Source: Dendrobates tinctorius (lineage: Eukaryota). Taken from it: DNA of 64,000 nt. The translations under genes were made by a program, and so were the position numbers. This document shows positions 26,041 through 36,394 of this stretch, in pieces. The notes under the pieces are model-generated. The model did no database searches and was not told the origin of the DNA. It worked only from the letters and a program-made list of their open reading frames with translations. Numbering within the stretch: the stretch's first letter is position 1; every line of letters starts with the position of its first letter. The stretch covers positions 14,508,001 to 14,572,000 of the forward strand of contig NW_027361711.1 of NCBI RefSeq assembly GCF_039654945.1. Direction: 5' to 3'.

Positions 26041-26150
26041 CGTGAGAACGGCTGGCGAGCTGTTAAGCAAGCTACAGCACCTGTGGTTTGCACACATAAG
26101 TTTTTCATTTTTTCAGGAATGACGGTTAGGCCTAATTCCGGAACTGCGGT

Positions 26151-26625
26151 TGACCTGCACTTACTGGGAAATCATTGTTCGCGGGTAATAATTGTAATCA
26201 GTGATCCCCATCACTAACGTTGTTCAGCGGGTTATCTGCACCTGTAAGCGACAAACGTTGGCCTTTTCAGTGTAGCGCACATGCAGCCACGGACATGTAA
26301 GGGCATGACACACCAGTTATTGGCCAATCTCATGTGCCAGAGCCTCACGTGTCCCTCTAGTAAGCCGGACTCGGACCGCGGGGCATGACGGAGTCTCGTT
26401 CGTTAACGGAATTAAGCTTGCAATGTGTGCATCTGTTCTGTAGCTGGCATGGTTGAGGTTTCCCAGGTGGAGTCGAATTTAACCGTAGGCTCCACTCCTG
26501 GTGGTGCCCTTCTGGACATTCCTTTAAGGTTCAGCTTTGCAACCATACTGCCCACGTAAAACAAACACTTTGCCTTCATGAACGCTGTTTGGAGGGTCAT
26601 GACTCGTGGGAATAACGCCGCCCAA
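26151..26625 (-). pseudogene. Degenerate 18S rRNA fragment inside the hAT element
   Basis: Colinear blocks match the reverse complement of vertebrate 18S as recalled: GCACTTACTGGGAA, GATCCCCATCAC, TCAGTGTAGCGC, GAGTCTCGTTCGTTA, GGCTCCACTCCTGGTGGTGCCCTT, TTCAGCTTTGCAACCATACT, GGGAATAACGCCGCC. Confidence 0.88.
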
Positions 26626-28361
26626 TCAGTTAACCTGCTAGAGAGATCCTTCGTTGCTCCCAAGCATGACATCACACTCCCTAGGAAGAAGGTAATGCCA
26701 CTGTGGCGACCGTACTCCTGGGGGAGACACAATTGCACTGATGCCCAGCCACTGCTCGATGAATCTGCTGGTACATTGACCCAGACCACTACATTCCCCT
26801 CGCACGCTACACGACCTGAATCTGACCCTGATGAAACTCAGGTTACCCTTCCCATATACAGTTCCATCTTACACGGTGACAAAGAGGAAGCTGCAGATGA
26901 AAGTGCAGGTTCGGCCCACCCGCCATCAGACACACCACCGTACTATCAGGGGCCCTGTGCCAGTGCCGTCACCAACGAGTGGGCCCCCCCTGCTTGCCCA
27001 GGATCACAGCACTTGCAAAGTTGAAATACTGTGCAGTGAGATGGAAGATGGGGAAGACGAGGAGTCCAGACAAGTACAGGGATTCCCTAGCGAGGAGACT
27101 TATTTGATTGTTTTCAATGTTGGGACAGCAATTTTTGGGGAGCACTATACTCTGGAGAATGATAGATGGGGCCCACCATACACTGGAACATTCCAAAGGT
27201 GGACATCAGACACTGGAGCAGCATTTACAGGGCCCATTATACACTAGAGCATTAGAAATGGGGCCCATTATGTTTGGAGCATTATTTGGGCCCATAAGAC
27301 AGTGGAGCTTCATCCATGGGGACCAACATATACTGTAGCATTATGTGGAGCTCATCATATACTGTTTCAAACATTATATGGGACCAATGATTCTGTATGG
27401 AGAAATAGATGGGCCTCGTCATGAGATATAAAAAGTGAGGTATTTTTCATTGTACTATACCGCTATTTCTCTGCCGTATCGGAGCATGATGAGTTGTGGT
27501 ATGTGTTAAAGGGGCGCTCTTTCGCCCAGGGCACATGAAAACCTGGAGCCAGCCCTCCCCCCCCACAGTCTATAGCCAAATAACCCCCATTTTTCAGTGC
27601 GTAACTTGTATTATGAAGTTAATTAAGGTTGACAAGCTTAAGTAAGAAGAATTGATGCTTTTGGCATTCAAATGGGCACTGTTGGTGTGTTTCCTGTCCT
27701 CCTCTCACTGCCGACTTTTATTCCCCATTGACTTACATTGGGTTTCGTGTTTCGGGACGACCCCGACTTTTCCCTATAATCGGACGATCTTGCTCGACCC
27801 GACTTTTGGAAAAGTCGGGTTTCACGAAACGAAACGCGACCCTAAAAAACCAAAAGTCGCTCAACTCTAGTGGCGATGTATGGTATCACATTTTATTTTT
27901 TTTCGCACCCATAGACTTGAATGGATGAGTCTCATCCAATTTACACAAGAAACTCGCGCATGCTGTGTTTTTTTGTTTTCCACCTGCCGACATTGTTCCT
28001 GGAGTCGTCTGTTATTATTCACCAATATCACTCATACCAAAAAGACTGTCTGGAGAACGACTCTCAGGGTTTCTGCACAAGATTTTCTATTTCACCCGAC
28101 CACTCTTGTACCAATGTTATTCCATGGCACAGAGACTCCCTCATTCATGTCTATGGGTGTGCTAGAAAAAAGACGCATGTCACAGTATAGCGTCCGATCA
28201 TTACGGATACATTACAATTCTGTAAAAGGAAACAGTAAATGGTTAATAGCTGCTGCTGTAAAAAACAAACTGTACACGGATGACAAGTGAACAAATAATC
28301 GTTCTACTTTTCTGGGTGAAACTTTGACAATTCTTTATACTTTCGTATGAACCTCCCCTTA

Positions 28362-28557
28362 GGCCGCGTTCACACAATCAGTATTTGGTCAGTATTTTAC
28401 ATGAGTATTTCTAAGATTAAACTAGGAGTGGATGAAAATTACAGAAGTGGTGACGGGTTTCTGTTAAACTTTTCCTCTGATTGTTCTTCACTTGATTTTG
28501 GTTACAAATACTGAGTTTAAAAAGAAGTCACCAAATACTCAACGTGTGAACGTGGCC
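28362..28557. mobile_element. Harbinger-type MITE
   Basis: GGCCGCGTTCACAC ... GTGTGAACGTGGCC; TTA/TGA flanks. Confidence 0.75.
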
Positions 28558-29107
28558 TGAAAATAAATTGGTTTGCGTCCCCTTTTTATTGAAATCTGTT
28601 TTACTTTTCATGGCTTGTTTTCTACATGATGAGCTGTAGTTATATAGGTGCCATTTTCGGGTCCATACAATATTTTGATCACTTTTGATTGATTTTTTTC
28701 ATGGAATTGTGGTGACAGAAAAAAAAACTGAAATTCTGGAGTTTTGATTCCTTTCCCTTTTTTTGCTTCATGATGTTCACCGTACGGGTGAAATAATTTT
28801 ATATTTTCAACAGGCTGGATTTTTGTGGACATCGCAGTACGAAATATTTTATTTTTTAAATTGTCATTTCTTGTCACCAGGAAGGTACAATATGTTAATT
28901 GTTTTTTAATTTTGTTCATTTTTTTAAACTTTTTTTTAGTTTATGCTTCTTTTTCAGTCTTGCAGTCATTTGGTAGCTTGTACTATATATTGTATAATCT
29001 CAGTATTGTTGTATACAGTCACTGACAGTTTCCTATGAAACTCAGTCACAATCTGGGCCTTACAATAGGACCAGGGGTGCAGAAACATGGCCAATACATA
29101 CTGCATA

Positions 29108-30104
29108 TGTGGCGCCCTGCGTCTTTACCACCACAAAAGGGTTAAATATGTACTGGTTTGTATTTGTTTTGTGAGCAATGGGAGTTATGCTTTCTCTGCT
29201 AGGGACCACAACACACACACAATTTACCTCACTACTTTACTTGTCTGAAGCTTAGAGCTTTGCAGGCATACCCTAACTGGGAGGGGAAGGAGTCCAGAGT
29301 TGTTGTTTTCAGTGAAGGTGTAGAAGAAGGAAAGATGGAGAACGCTCTTGGAAGCCATGCCATGCGCTTCCTTCAGGAGCAAAGCTAAGAAGCATCAGGG
29401 AATCAGCCCCTAGGCCATCCATGCTTTCAGAGCAAGGTGGTAAGCTGAGAGACTGTGTGAGTTTATACAACCAACAGTGGAGTGTTTTCCCTGGGAAAAC
29501 AGCATAAAACGAGGATCAGTGAGGATTGTGCAAGAAGGAACGTGAGCTTCACACAGGATCCAAGCTGCAAGTTGCCAGAGGAGGAAAACACAGTGAGTAG
29601 TGGCTATACTGGAAAGTTTCAAACTCCGGGAAGCCTTGGTCCCTGAAGGGATTAGAATAGCCGGAAGCTTACACCGTGTCACAGCAGAGAGAAGGATAAC
29701 TCCCATTCTGCAGAGCTGACTGTAACCTGGTGAGAGTTGTAATATCTCCTCTGAACTGCACCTGAACTGCAATAAATGATAGTGACTTTCCTTGTCTCCT
29801 GCCTTATTACTCTGTGCCTTCTACTTCCATCACAATCTCTGGGGGTCAACTCTGGTTGGAGAGGGTTAATCATCTGAACTGCCATCACCATCTACTCCCC
29901 CAGGGATCATCTGCAGTGCCGGTTATACTACAGTCAAACACTTCAACTGGCGTCACGAATCACTACATAAACTTTATCCCTAATCAATACTCCCCATTTA
30001 CATGAACGTCTGGGGCCATGGACCGGGTCACTGCCACTGTGACACATCCCTTTAAGATGACCGGCCCGGTACTGTGTATCCCACAGCCTCTGGGGCGAGA
30101 CACA
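29108..30104. mobile_element. Solo LTR (Gypsy-like)
   Basis: TGTGGCGCCC ... GGGGCGAGACACA; 4 bp TSD CATA at 29104-29107 and 30105-30108. Confidence 0.78.
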
Positions 30105-30609
30105 CATAGTGAGGAATTGATAAATAAAGTGTAGCAGAAGAATGTTTAACTGGTTTTCATACAATAATCTGTGTTACAACCTAATTCCACCTTTCTATCT
30201 CACAGGACAAGCGCTGTCGTTAAGTCCCATGTTGGTGACTTCTGTGATATTTCTGGTTTTCTATCATTTTGGCGGGTGCGTTTTTCTTTTACTTGTAATC
30301 CTCACACTATATTATATCTAATATAACCGCTCAGTATAATAAACTGTCCTCTCCTCTGGTAATATTACTACTCTGTTGCGTGTCTTCTTGTGATATAGTG
30401 GTGGCTGGAGGTGTAGCTGTAGGGGGCTCACGAGCATCCATCACACCAGGGCAAGAAGAATAAGAGATGATCTGGACTCATGGATGAGTCAGCAAATCCC
30501 AGCTGCCCCCGATCTTGCCTGAAACTTCCCGGAAACTGGTGATTCCTAAAGGTTTTCATTATTCAGGAGGCCAAGAACAGGTTGTGTCTCCTGACTTGAA
30601 AGTTCTCTA

Positions 30610-31650
30610 TATTAGACATGGACGTGATGGTGCATGTAGAGGCCGAGGCCACAGGCAAGCTGAAATTGTGCCACAACAAACACCGACATCTTCTTGCATG
30701 AACTTCCTGTCCGAATTCATAGGGGACTGCAGAATATCAATAATGAAACCAGAGCAGTGTCAAAAGTTTGTTGGTTGGATAGCAGATAATGCTTTCAGTC
30801 ACTTTTCCACCATCACCATCACCCTGTCTTCCACACGGTATAGTCTGAGTAGCCGTGAGTCTGGAGGGCATATTCCTCACCCTGATCCTCCTTCCTCCCG
30901 CCATGCCAAGTGCCCAGATACAACTGATCCCACACTTGGACACTCCAAGTAGCTGTTCACTTTTCCATTTATAGATTCGGGCCTCTTGCCCAGTCCCTTT
31001 GAAGCGGGGCAAGAAGAGATCGCATGTAGCGATGCCCAAATATTTGAGCAGCCGAGGTCACACGAAGATAACAGTGGGAATGTGTCAGAACAGGTGGATG
31101 ATGATGAGACACAATTGCCAGAAAGTCAGGAGGACCTGAGTGTAGAAGTGGAAGCCGAGGTGGTGGATGATATAGTAACTGTCCCAACCTGGCAGGAAGA
31201 GAAGACATGCAGAGCGAGGACAGCAGCAAACAGGGCGAGGGATGCATGCCACCCCAGCAGGCAGGAAGATGCAGTGTGGTGTCCGCAGAGAGAAGGCGGG
31301 CAACCATTCCTTGTAGCACCAACACGACGGAAGTTGGCAGTACAATTGTTAGGTCTTCCCAAGTCTGGTTGTTTTTAAAGACTCTGCCGATAACTTTTTA
31401 AGTTGTCCATACCACAGTCATTGGAATGCAAGCGTAAATACGCATTCAACGCCCCATAGGGAACAGTACTAAATTCACACATTTCTCATCTGCTTGTGCT
31501 CGAAATGTTGCCTTTTTGGGCTCGTGGATACGGAAGCATTCCGCAACCTGATGGTGGCGGCCATCCCAAGGTACTTGGTCCCCAGCTGCAGCCAATTTCT
31601 CTCAGTGTGCTGTCCCGGCATTACACAAGCACGTGTCCCACAACAATACA
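30610..31650 (+). pseudogene. Highly decayed, internally deleted hAT transposase relic related to 20345-23865
   Basis: IMKPEQCQKFVGWIADNAFS resembles LLKPEHQEKVLSYIADSASS; LVDTEAFRNLMVAAIPRYLVPS resembles LVESIAFRELMAYAVPRYDLPS. Confidence 0.72.
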
Positions 31651-31654
31651 CATG

Positions 31655-32285
31655 CCAGCACACTGCACTCCTGAAATACTCTGTGCTGCCATCACCCTGC
31701 TCCTCCCACCATATATCTCTCTCTGTGACCTCCCAAAGACCAGCATGCTGCACTCCAGAAATACTCTGTGATGCTCTCACCCTCCTCCTTCCCACATATA
31801 TCTCTCTGTGACCCCCCATAGAGCAGCAAACTGATCTACTGAAATACTTTATGCTGCTGTCACCCTGCTCCCTCCACTATATATCTCCCAGAATCCTTGC
31901 TGCCTGCCATCCTCGGTGACTGCCTACTTGTCAGTATAACTTTGCAGTCACCAACAAAATGGCTCCTCACTGTGTTCCTAATTGTCATCCTCTCTTATGC
32001 CTTAACAAACACACAGAAGGGGAGGAGAGGAGTGACATCACACCCATGTCAGCAGATTCAGCCCATATTTACTGCAGTGCAGAAATGTGAGCTAGTTGTA
32101 CACTAGGTTTTTGTCAAATTTCAGTAACTGCTCCCCCTAGTGTTTAAAAGAGGACAAATCAAACCTTTTAAAACTATTTTCCATATTTTACTAAATTCTA
32201 AACAAATGATAATATTTTTTTAAGAAAATTTAAACATTAATTCTTTTAATTGCTGAAAGAAAATGTTTTTGATGGCACCTTCCCT
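31655..32285 (-). mobile_element. Truncated copy of the Kolobok/T2-type family seen at 52927-57488
   Basis: Ends GATGGCACCTTCCCT-TTAA; reverse-complement homology to ~52927-53850, including the ~88 bp repeats. Confidence 0.75.
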
Positions 32286-33201
32286 TTAAGTGACTTCAGA
32301 AAATTGCCCAGGGCCAAGGAAAAACCCTTTAAAGAGAGAGATGAATATTCTAAAACAATTTTTGCAAAAAAAAAAAAATAACAGAGTTGCTGCTCTTTCA
32401 CTTAATAACGCACCACCCTCACCAAAGAATAATCAGACAATACAGTATACGTGCAGCAAAATTGTGTATTTAACGAATACAATCTTCTTACTAAACCAAA
32501 CCTTCATGTGGCTAAATTGATCGAAAAATTTAAGTTATCGCTTTAGGAAGAAGAAATAAAGGGTTAAGTGAATGGGTGTAACTACAAATGTGACCTATGT
32601 CCAGCATTAGACTCTTTCAGTTTCCTTTTTTCCTTCTTCCATCAGCCATGGGGTCTGCTGATCTGAGAGATGAGCTGCTCTGCGCCATCTGTTTATCAAC
32701 TTTTAAGGACCGTGTGATGCTCAGATGTGGACACAATTTCTGTCGGGTCTGTATTGATCGTTTGCTGGATAAACAGGAGGAGTCTGGAGTTTATTCCTGT
32801 CCTGAATGTAGAAAAAGAAGCTACCGGCACTGATGAGAAACCTAAATCTCCATAATTTCGCAGAACGTCTTCTGATTACTCAGCAAGAACAAGAGGAAAT
32901 CACCGGGATCTGCTGCATTTACTGGGTGGACTCTCCTGTACCTGCTGTTAGATACTGTCTACGCTGTGAGGCTTCTCTGTGTGATAAACACCTGAGAGCT
33001 CACAGCAAATCCGAAGAACATGTCTTATCATCATAATCTCAGCACTTCTCTGGAGAAAAATAAATGTTCTATCCATAAGGAACTTTTAAACGGAACCTGT
33101 CACCTCGTTTTTGAGCTATGAGCTGTGGCCACTGCCTTTTGGGGCTTATCTACAGCATTCTAGAATGCTGTAGATAAGCCCCGATCTAACCTGAAAGATA
33201 A

Positions 33202-33347
33202 GGCTGTGAGCCCTCTTGGGCAGGGTCCTCTCTCCTTCTGTACTTGTGTGTCCCTTTTCTTGCACGTTTATTGTACTTGTCTATATTTCCCCTTTCACAT
33301 GTAAAGTGCCATGGAATAAATGGCGCTATATAAATGTATAATAATAA
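33202..33347 (+). mobile_element. Short L2-tail retrocopy nested in the MITE
   Basis: TGTGAGCCCTC..GGGCAGGGTCCTCTCTCC..GTAAAGTGCCATGGAATAAATGGCGCTATA matches the L2 tail at 57205-57335; ATAAG on both sides. Confidence 0.75.
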
Positions 33348-33635
33348 GAAAAACAAGTTTTATTATATTCACCTGGGGGCGGTCAGGTCCGATGAGCGTC
33401 GAAGGTCCGTGTCCGGCGCCTTTCATCTTCTTGCGATGTTGTCATCTTCCTTGCTTCATGTCGTGGCTCCTGCTCAGGCGTACTGATCTGTCCAGTTGAG
33501 GGCAAAGCCAAGTACTGCAGTGCATAGGCGCTGGGCCTCTTTGACCTTTCCCGACACCTGCGCACTGCAGTACTTAGCTCTGCCCTCAACAGGGCAGATC
33601 ATTATGCCTGCGCAGGAGCCATGACAAGAAGCAAG

Positions 33636-33981
33636 TTGTGGGAAGCAGGATCCCTGAGGAAGGTGCCAGGAAGGGCGCCGAAACGCGTAGGAGGAAATAA
33701 AGGAGTACACTGCTATAACATCTTGTATCCCAGGTGATTTGTGAATCTCGGCAGTGCGGACTGCAACACATCCTGCTTCCCACAACTTTCTGAATGTTTT
33801 TCCACGTGCGAGTGGTTGGTGGAGGTCCTGCAGCAGCTGATTCTGTGATATGCTCTCAAGCCAGTTGTGGGCTACACAACTGGAATAGGTGAGTGGAACT
33901 GCATTATACCGCTCATACTTCAAGTGTCACTAGTGATAGGGCACTATTGCGCCTCTTGTTCCCCCCACCATTTTTGTATTG
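33636..33981 (+). mobile_element. Non-coding Penelope-like / retrozyme-like insertion
   Basis: 15 bp TSD ATGACAAGAAGCAAG at 33621-33635 and 33982-33996; begins with a hammerhead motif. Confidence 0.75.
33651..33692 (+). ncRNA. Minimal type I hammerhead ribozyme motif
   Basis: TCC-CTGAGGA-A-GGTGCC(AGGAAG)GGCGCC-GAAA-CGCG-TA-GGA: canonical core, 6 bp stem II, palindromic ACGCGT stem III, 3 bp stem I. Confidence 0.8.
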
Positions 33982-34217
33982 ATGACAAGAAGCAAGGAAG
34001 ATGACGACATCACAAGAAGATGGGAGGCGCCCGACCCAGACCTGCGATGCCCATCGGACCGGACCGCCCCGAGGTGAGTATAATAAATATTGTTTTACTT
34101 ATCCTTCAGGTTAGATCAGAGGCTTATCTACAGCATTCTAGAATGCTGTAGATGAGCCCCAAAAGGCAGTAGCCGCAGCTCATAGCTCAAAAACGAGGTG
34201 ACAGGTTCTCTTTAAAG

Positions 34218-34807
34218 GAACGAAGAAAGGAGAAAAATATCCAGCTCCACACAAGGATCGATTTCCAAATTTATTCCAGTGAAGATAATATACAGATCAG
34301 CTCCAGGGCTGCATCAGCTCACACAGGAGCGACATAGGCGACGCGTTTCGATCGCTACATGCGATCTTTATCAAAGCTACCATATCAAAATCACACACAG
34401 GTTAAAAAGGAGCAGAAACCTGAGTCTAATACAAGTCACATGATTGGAAGGTCCTGTTCCGGACAATACAATAAAGACAGACAATAAAGATGCCTCAATA
34501 TTGCACATAAATGTACAAAAATGAACCACAAAAATATAGAACAAATATATATGATAGAAAATGTTCACAATTCTGTTAAAGTTAATACAATTACATATAA
34601 ACAATCATGAGTCATGTGACCACGAAAACTTATCTCCTCACCGCATATATCCATTAACGATGTCACATATAATTTTGAAGATTCATGAAAAAAGTACATA
34701 AGTATAAAAATATCCATGATAGAAAATATCTTCGTAGAACTGACCATTGCAGGATGGTGATCCGTGCTCCCATGGAAGTCGGTGAGCTGGCTTTTACGTT
34801 TTGAATG
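34218..34807 (-). mobile_element. Penelope-like terminal-repeat fragment
   Basis: 11 bp duplication TCTCTTTAAAG at 34207-34217 and 34808-34818; hammerhead motif; GGTGAGCTGGCTT end shared with the element near 48780. Confidence 0.68.
34335..34379 (-). ncRNA. Hammerhead ribozyme motif, U3-A8 variant
   Basis: Minus strand: TAGCT-TTGATAA-A-GATCGC(ATGTA)GCGATC-GAAA-CGCG-TC-GCCTA. Confidence 0.65.
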
Positions 34808-35245
34808 TCTCTTTAAAGTACTATTGTACTAAGGATGACATCTGTATCTGTGTGTCCTGCAGTTTAATTGGGGAACATAATGGACTTAAAATGGAATCAC
34901 TGGATGAGGCCTCTGAGAAGAAGGAGAAAATGAGGAATGTTCTGCAGAAACTGATCACAAATAAAAAAGAGACTGAGGAAAGGGTCCAGAGTCTAGAGGA
35001 ACACTGGAGAAAAGCTCACGAAAAGCAACTGGAGAAGGCGAGAGAGTCACTGCCCTGTGTACAGTCATCAGGAGACGGGTAGATGACCTGGAGAAGAAGG
35101 TCTCCAGACAGGAAAAGGAAGAGTCACTGTCACTTTCTGCTCTGATCCATCAGCTGGAAATAAAGAAGGACGAGCTGTCTAGGAAGATGAGACACATTGA
35201 TGAGCTGTGTAACATGACGTATCCACTGACTGTCTTAAAGGAAAC

Positions 35246-35770
35246 TTGTTCTGGCCCACTGCTATTATGCACAATTGCCGTGGATAACGTGGGCTTTAGT
35301 GATTTAACGTTACGTGGCTGCCAAGCTGTCCGGGCCTATAGCCCCTGTGGACACTTCAGGCACCCAGTACCTATCTGACCTAAATTCCTAGAAACTCCTA
35401 TCTTACCACCTGGCAGCCCCTCCTACAACTAACCCTCTCTAACTTGTCAGGGACAAGTCAAAGAATCAGCAACATTTGGAAGCGGATAAGACAAAGACAA
35501 AAGACAGAAGCAGATCAGAATGCAAGCCAAGTCAAAACCAGGGAGTCAGCAAACTAAAGGAAAACACTGAGTCAGGATGGGAATAGAGGAAAGCAGAGAC
35601 ATGGTATCAGATAGCAAATGTAGCAGGACCAATCAAAGCAATCAGAGTCAGCAGCCCTAGGTAGGAACTGTAACTGACATCGCAGGAAGCAGCGGTGATA
35701 AATAGCAAACCTGAACCCAGACTGAGGCTGAGAAGGGTTAATCCCTTCTTGACCAGACCCGGTCATGACA
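35246..35770. mobile_element. Probable LTR fragment at the point where the TRIM 5' half stops
   Basis: TGT...ACA termini; LTR-like composition; no TSD seen. Confidence 0.4.
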
Positions 35771-36394
35771 ATGGCTCTATATAAATGAGTGAAATGAAAA
35801 TAAATAAATAAACCATAAGTAAGTGATTTGCATACATGTAGCCATGTGCTCGATTCTTATCTGCTTCACTCAATAGCACTTGGAAGGGAATGTAGTCAGC
35901 ATTGGCAGATTATAATGTCTGGATTACTGCCTTGGACCCAAAGTTTTTTGGGTGGCCATGAGCAAAATACCCTCGTTATAGTCCCTTTGCCACCATAAAG
36001 GGTGCAAGGTGCATTCCTGCCACTGTGCTATCTGCACTAGGGTTTACTAGTCCGAGTGATAATCTCCTGCTAATAACACTGTGATTTTATTTTTAAACTA
36101 CAAGCAGACCAATAAGGGACTCATTTCTGGAACCAGTGTCTCTGTCTTTACATTATGCTGCTCTCATCTAAGATTGCAAAAATCTTATGACAGATTCTGT
36201 TTAAATTTGCTGTTGCTTTTGTACAATTTTTTTGTCAATTTGTTTTTTTATGCGGATTGTATCTAAAAAATGCATTACTATTTTTGAACTGTTTATAATA
36301 AAATCTAATTTAAATATGATAATAACATACTAAAATGATATATTTTCTTTATGCGCATAAGAGGCCATTGTAATATAAAGAAATGCCTCTTTAA

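Larger units (their letters stand above)
18299..27869 (+). mobile_element. 9.6 kb hAT transposon
   Basis: Perfect 13 bp TIR TAGAGTTGAGCGA / TCGCTCAACTCTA; 8 bp TSD GTGGCGTT / GTGGCGAT; subterminal CCGAC/GTCGG motifs; internal transposase. Confidence 0.95.
18227..28358. mobile_element. Older Harbinger-type MITE split by the hAT insertion
   Basis: GGGGAGGTTCA ... TGAACCTCCCC termini; TTA after the right end. Confidence 0.65.
33090..34211. mobile_element. Kolobok/T2-type fold-back MITE inserted at TTAA in B-box2
   Basis: Long TIRs GAACCTGTCACCTCGTTTTTGAGCTATGAGCTG; TTAA at 33086-33089 and 34212-34215. Confidence 0.88.
32648..35243 (+). pseudogene. 5' half of a TRIM E3 ligase pseudogene (RING, B-box1, B-box2, coiled coil), interrupted in B-box2
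   Basis: MGSADLRDELLCAICL..LRCGHNFCRVC..CPEC; CLRCEASLCDKHLRAH; CSIHKELL then KYYCTKDDICICVSCSLIGEH across the 33090-34812 inserts; LEIKKDELSRKMRHIDELCNMTYPLTVL. Several frameshifts and stops. Confidence 0.92.

Noticed and set aside
26068-26085. Short resemblance to the 5S rRNA 3' end (AAGCTACAGCACCTG)
   Set aside because: Too short to distinguish from chance.
26412-26789. 125-aa ORF (GSMVAKLNLKG..RAPPGVEP)
   Set aside because: Spurious translation of the 18S-derived sequence.
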